A DNA stretch of 32,000 bases, from assembly GCF_000196355.1 (NCBI RefSeq), contig NC_007614.1:990001-1022000 (forward strand). The letters run 5' to 3'. The position numbers and the translations under genes are program-made. The DNA comes from Nitrosospira multiformis ATCC 25196. Its GTDB lineage: Bacteria; Pseudomonadota; Gammaproteobacteria; Burkholderiales; Nitrosomonadaceae. Of the stretch, positions 29,692 to 32,000 are shown piece by piece. The notes under the pieces are model-generated. The model was given only the letters and a program-made list of their open reading frames with translations. It searched no databases and was not told the DNA's origin. The number at the start of each line of letters is the position of its first letter. Positions within the stretch are counted from its first letter, which is position 1.

Positions 29692-30690
29692 TCAAAGACT
29701 GGCCTCACGCTTGAGCAATTCTTCGATCTGAACTCCCACCTCCGGCTGGCCGTTAAAAACTGTGCCAAGCTTCTTCTTGTTCAGGTGTTCCAGGTTAGTG
29801 GTGTAAGCTTGAGCCGGCAGCGGAAAGTATTTGACTTCCTTTACCAGAGGCGATGCATTTTTCATATAGAATTCAATAAATTCCCTCACCTCGGGTTTTT
29901 CCGTCGCCTTGATGCTGATGTAAATGAAAATGGGGCGAGACAATGGTTGGTAGCTTCCATCCTCCACCGTTTCAACCGATGGGATAATACCGCCTTTGCC
30001 TCCATCAACAGCGAGCGCCCTAAGCTTTTTCTGATTTTCGTTGTAGTAAGCAAAGCCAAAATACCCGAGTGCGTTTTTATCGCTTGCTACCCCCTGTACC
30101 AGCACGTTGTCGTCTTCGGAAGCGGTGAAATCCCCCCGACTCGACTTGGCCTTTCCAACAATGGCTTCCGTAAAGTAATCAAAGGTGCCGGAATCTGCTC
30201 CCGGGCCGTAAAGTTTTATCGGTTCATCCGGCCATGCCGGGTTTATCTGCTTCCAACTGGTTATTTTCCCTTGGGCGTCGGGTTCCCAAATCTTCTTCAA
30301 ATCTGCAACGGTAATGACTTTAACCCAATCATTTCTAGGGTTTGCCACGACCGTCAATGCATCGTACGCTACTGGCATTTCAACGTATTGCACCCCGGCA
30401 GCTTTACATGCGTCCATTTCTTTTTTCAGGATAGGACGCGAAGCATTAGCGATGTCTATCTCACCGCGGCAAAATTTCTTGAAGCCTCCTCCCGTGCCTG
30501 AAATACCAACTGTGACTTTAGCGGCACCCTTCTTGGCTATTTGAAAATCTTCAGCCACCGCTTCGGTAATGGGGAAAACAGTGCTGGAACCGTCAATTTT
30601 TATAACCGGCTCAGCATACACAGGACTGACAGCACCAAGCAGTGCGCCCAATACCACTACTACTATCTCAATACGCAGCAATTTCAGCAT
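29692..30690 (-). CDS. pstS: PstS/SphX-type phosphate-binding periplasmic protein
   Basis: 332 aa. Signal peptide ending VYA; IKIDGSSTVFPITEAVAEDF, GTGGGFKKFCRGEIDIANASRPI, LYGPGADSGTFDYFTEAI, ALGYFGFAYY. Ribosome-binding site CTTTAGGAG upstream. Confidence 0.93.
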   Translation of the reverse strand: MLKLLRIEIVVVVLGALLGAVSPVYAEPVIKIDGSSTVFPITEAVAEDFQIAKKGAAKVTVGISGTGGGFKKFCRGEIDIANASRPILKKEMDACKAAGVQYVEMPVAYDALTVVANPRNDWVKVITVADLKKIWEPDAQGKITSWKQINPAWPDEPIKLYGPGADSGTFDYFTEAIVGKAKSSRGDFTASEDDNVLVQGVASDKNALGYFGFAYYNENQKKLRALAVDGGKGGIIPSVETVEDGSYQPLSRPIFIYISIKATEKPEVREFIEFYMKNASPLVKEVKYFPLPAQAYTTNLEHLNKKKLGTVFNGQPEVGVQIEELLKREASL

Positions 30691-30876
30691 CTTGTTCTCC
30701 TAAAGAGGTTTTATTATTTCCTTTTGCAGGCTTGTTATGACATGAATGGCTCGATCAAAACGGGAGGCGGAGCAAGCTTAAGAAGCTCCAAGCTTTCCTG
30801 AGTTCATTTGGCCATTCTTTGCATTCTTTGTTAAGCCGCTGTCTGTATTTCACCCACTTCCTCAAGCGAACCGGAA

Positions 30877-32000
30877 TCAGAAGGCTATTTGACTGCGGAA
30901 CATGAAAGTATTCAGGTCATCCGGCTTGCCCCCGCTTGCGGTCACGAGCGGTGAATCCTTGATTTCCAATATCCTGTCGTAATTAAACATGAAGCGAAGA
31001 TTGCTGTTCACGTACCAGTTCAGGGCAGCAGTAAAGTTTTTCATCTCGCCTGCCCTGAAAGCGCCGTCGTTCAGATCTACCCCGGCGATACGTGCTGCCA
31101 GTTCCCATGCGCCCCATCCACCCTTGGAAAAGCTGAAGTTCCGGGTTGGTTCCACTCTGTGAAACTTTCCTTCTTTGTACTGGCGCGATTCTCCCGTAAG
31201 CGTCCACGCAGCTTCTCCGTACCATCCATGGAAGCTCAGTGAATCCAGGCCGTTTCTACGACCAATCCAGCTATGGGTATACTCACCTCCCGCGCTCAAC
31301 GGTCCATAGACGCCGCTGGCCTCCAGCCCCAGCATCTTGACGTCCTCGACATTTCCCAAGGCACCCGAATCAATCGGAAAGAGGTTGGTTATATGGGAGG
31401 TTTCGTGCCTGAATCTCACGCCATTTGAGGGGCCAAATAGCTGGCCGCTGCCACTCGGTCTGCGATAATTTCCTGCCACACCCAAATGGACAATCCTTGT
31501 CTTTTCGTCAAGGGGTGCAAAAGTGATGCGCGAATTGGTTCCCCAACTTTCATCCAGACTGTCGTTATTAGCGTCGATTGACTCCCCAAAAAGACCGACC
31601 TGTCCGGTCCAGTTCTTACCTCTACTTGACAGGTTTACACCGATAGCGCGGTCTACGAGGGGTGCATTGAGCACATTCATTAACGATCTTTCCATAAACA
31701 TGAGATCGTTGGAGCTTTCCTGCAGCTCGCGGCTGAAAGCCTGTTTCTGATGGCCGACGTTGATCTTTGCGAAATCCAGCCCTCTATATGAGATAAACAT
31801 GTCCTTGACGCCGACTTGGTTATCAGCGAAGTCGACCTGACTCTTGAAATCCCAATCTTTAAAGAAAGTGCCTGCAAACTCCAGTCGCCCCCGGCGCAGC
31901 TCTGCGCCATCATTGGCTTGAACCGGAACCCCGCCTCTAAAAAAATGATCATTACTACTGTGCGTGTAATCCGTATGAATCCGGCCACCGATCTTGAACT
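30877..32000 (-). CDS. Phosphate-selective-porin (OprO/OprP)-like outer-membrane protein, 5' end beyond the window
   Basis: The frame continues upstream of the tracked Met at 31800 to the window edge (FKIGGRIHTDYTHSSNDHFFRGGVPVQANDGAELRRGRLEFAGTFFKDWDFKSQVDFADNQVGVKDMF...). Ends with a C-terminal beta-strand ending in Phe (NTFMFRSQIAF*). Confidence 0.85.
   Translation of the reverse strand, partial: FKIGGRIHTDYTHSSNDHFFRGGVPVQANDGAELRRGRLEFAGTFFKDWDFKSQVDFADNQVGVKDMFISYRGLDFAKINVGHQKQAFSRELQESSNDLMFMERSLMNVLNAPLVDRAIGVNLSSRGKNWTGQVGLFGESIDANNDSLDESWGTNSRITFAPLDEKTRIVHLGVAGNYRRPSGSGQLFGPSNGVRFRHETSHITNLFPIDSGALGNVEDVKMLGLEASGVYGPLSAGGEYTHSWIGRRNGLDSLSFHGWYGEAAWTLTGESRQYKEGKFHRVEPTRNFSFSKGGWGAWELAARIAGVDLNDGAFRAGEMKNFTAALNWYVNSNLRFMFNYDRILEIKDSPLVTASGGKPDDLNTFMFRSQIAF

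Noticed and set aside
29611-30501. 296-aa + strand ORF antisense to pstS
   Set aside because: It lies almost entirely opposite a strongly supported pstS coding sequence, and its protein has no recognisable domain. Most likely a shadow ORF of codon usage.

Overview
This 32 kb window looks like an ordinary chromosomal segment of a proteobacterium. Protein resemblance suggests an ammonia-oxidising betaproteobacterium such as Nitrosospira, but that placement is inference only. I see 27 or so credible protein genes: the prpD C-terminus, a membrane protein plus lipase pair, an SDR, acnA, a Crp/Fnr-type regulator, a Cys-rich lipoprotein, the panC-panB-dgk-folK-pcnB cluster, an orphan ABC ATPase, recG, a RidA protein, murA, an FGE-like protein, ettA, a GST, djlA, an AttH-like ABC export operon, pstS, and a partial phosphate-selective-type porin. 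I found no tRNA, rRNA, CRISPR, prophage, transposase or recognisable defence locus, and no clear evidence of a previously undescribed multi-gene system. The most interesting items are modest. They are a periplasmic lipoprotein with repeated CX3C motifs around a Gly/Trp/Tyr tandem repeat, an uncharacterised membrane protein paired with a lipase, an FGE-fold protein that appears to lack the catalytic cysteines, a small protein with an internal duplication, a structured intergenic region (29.3-29.66 kb) ending in a terminator-like hairpin with no annotated gene upstream, and two kinds of intergenic palindromes.
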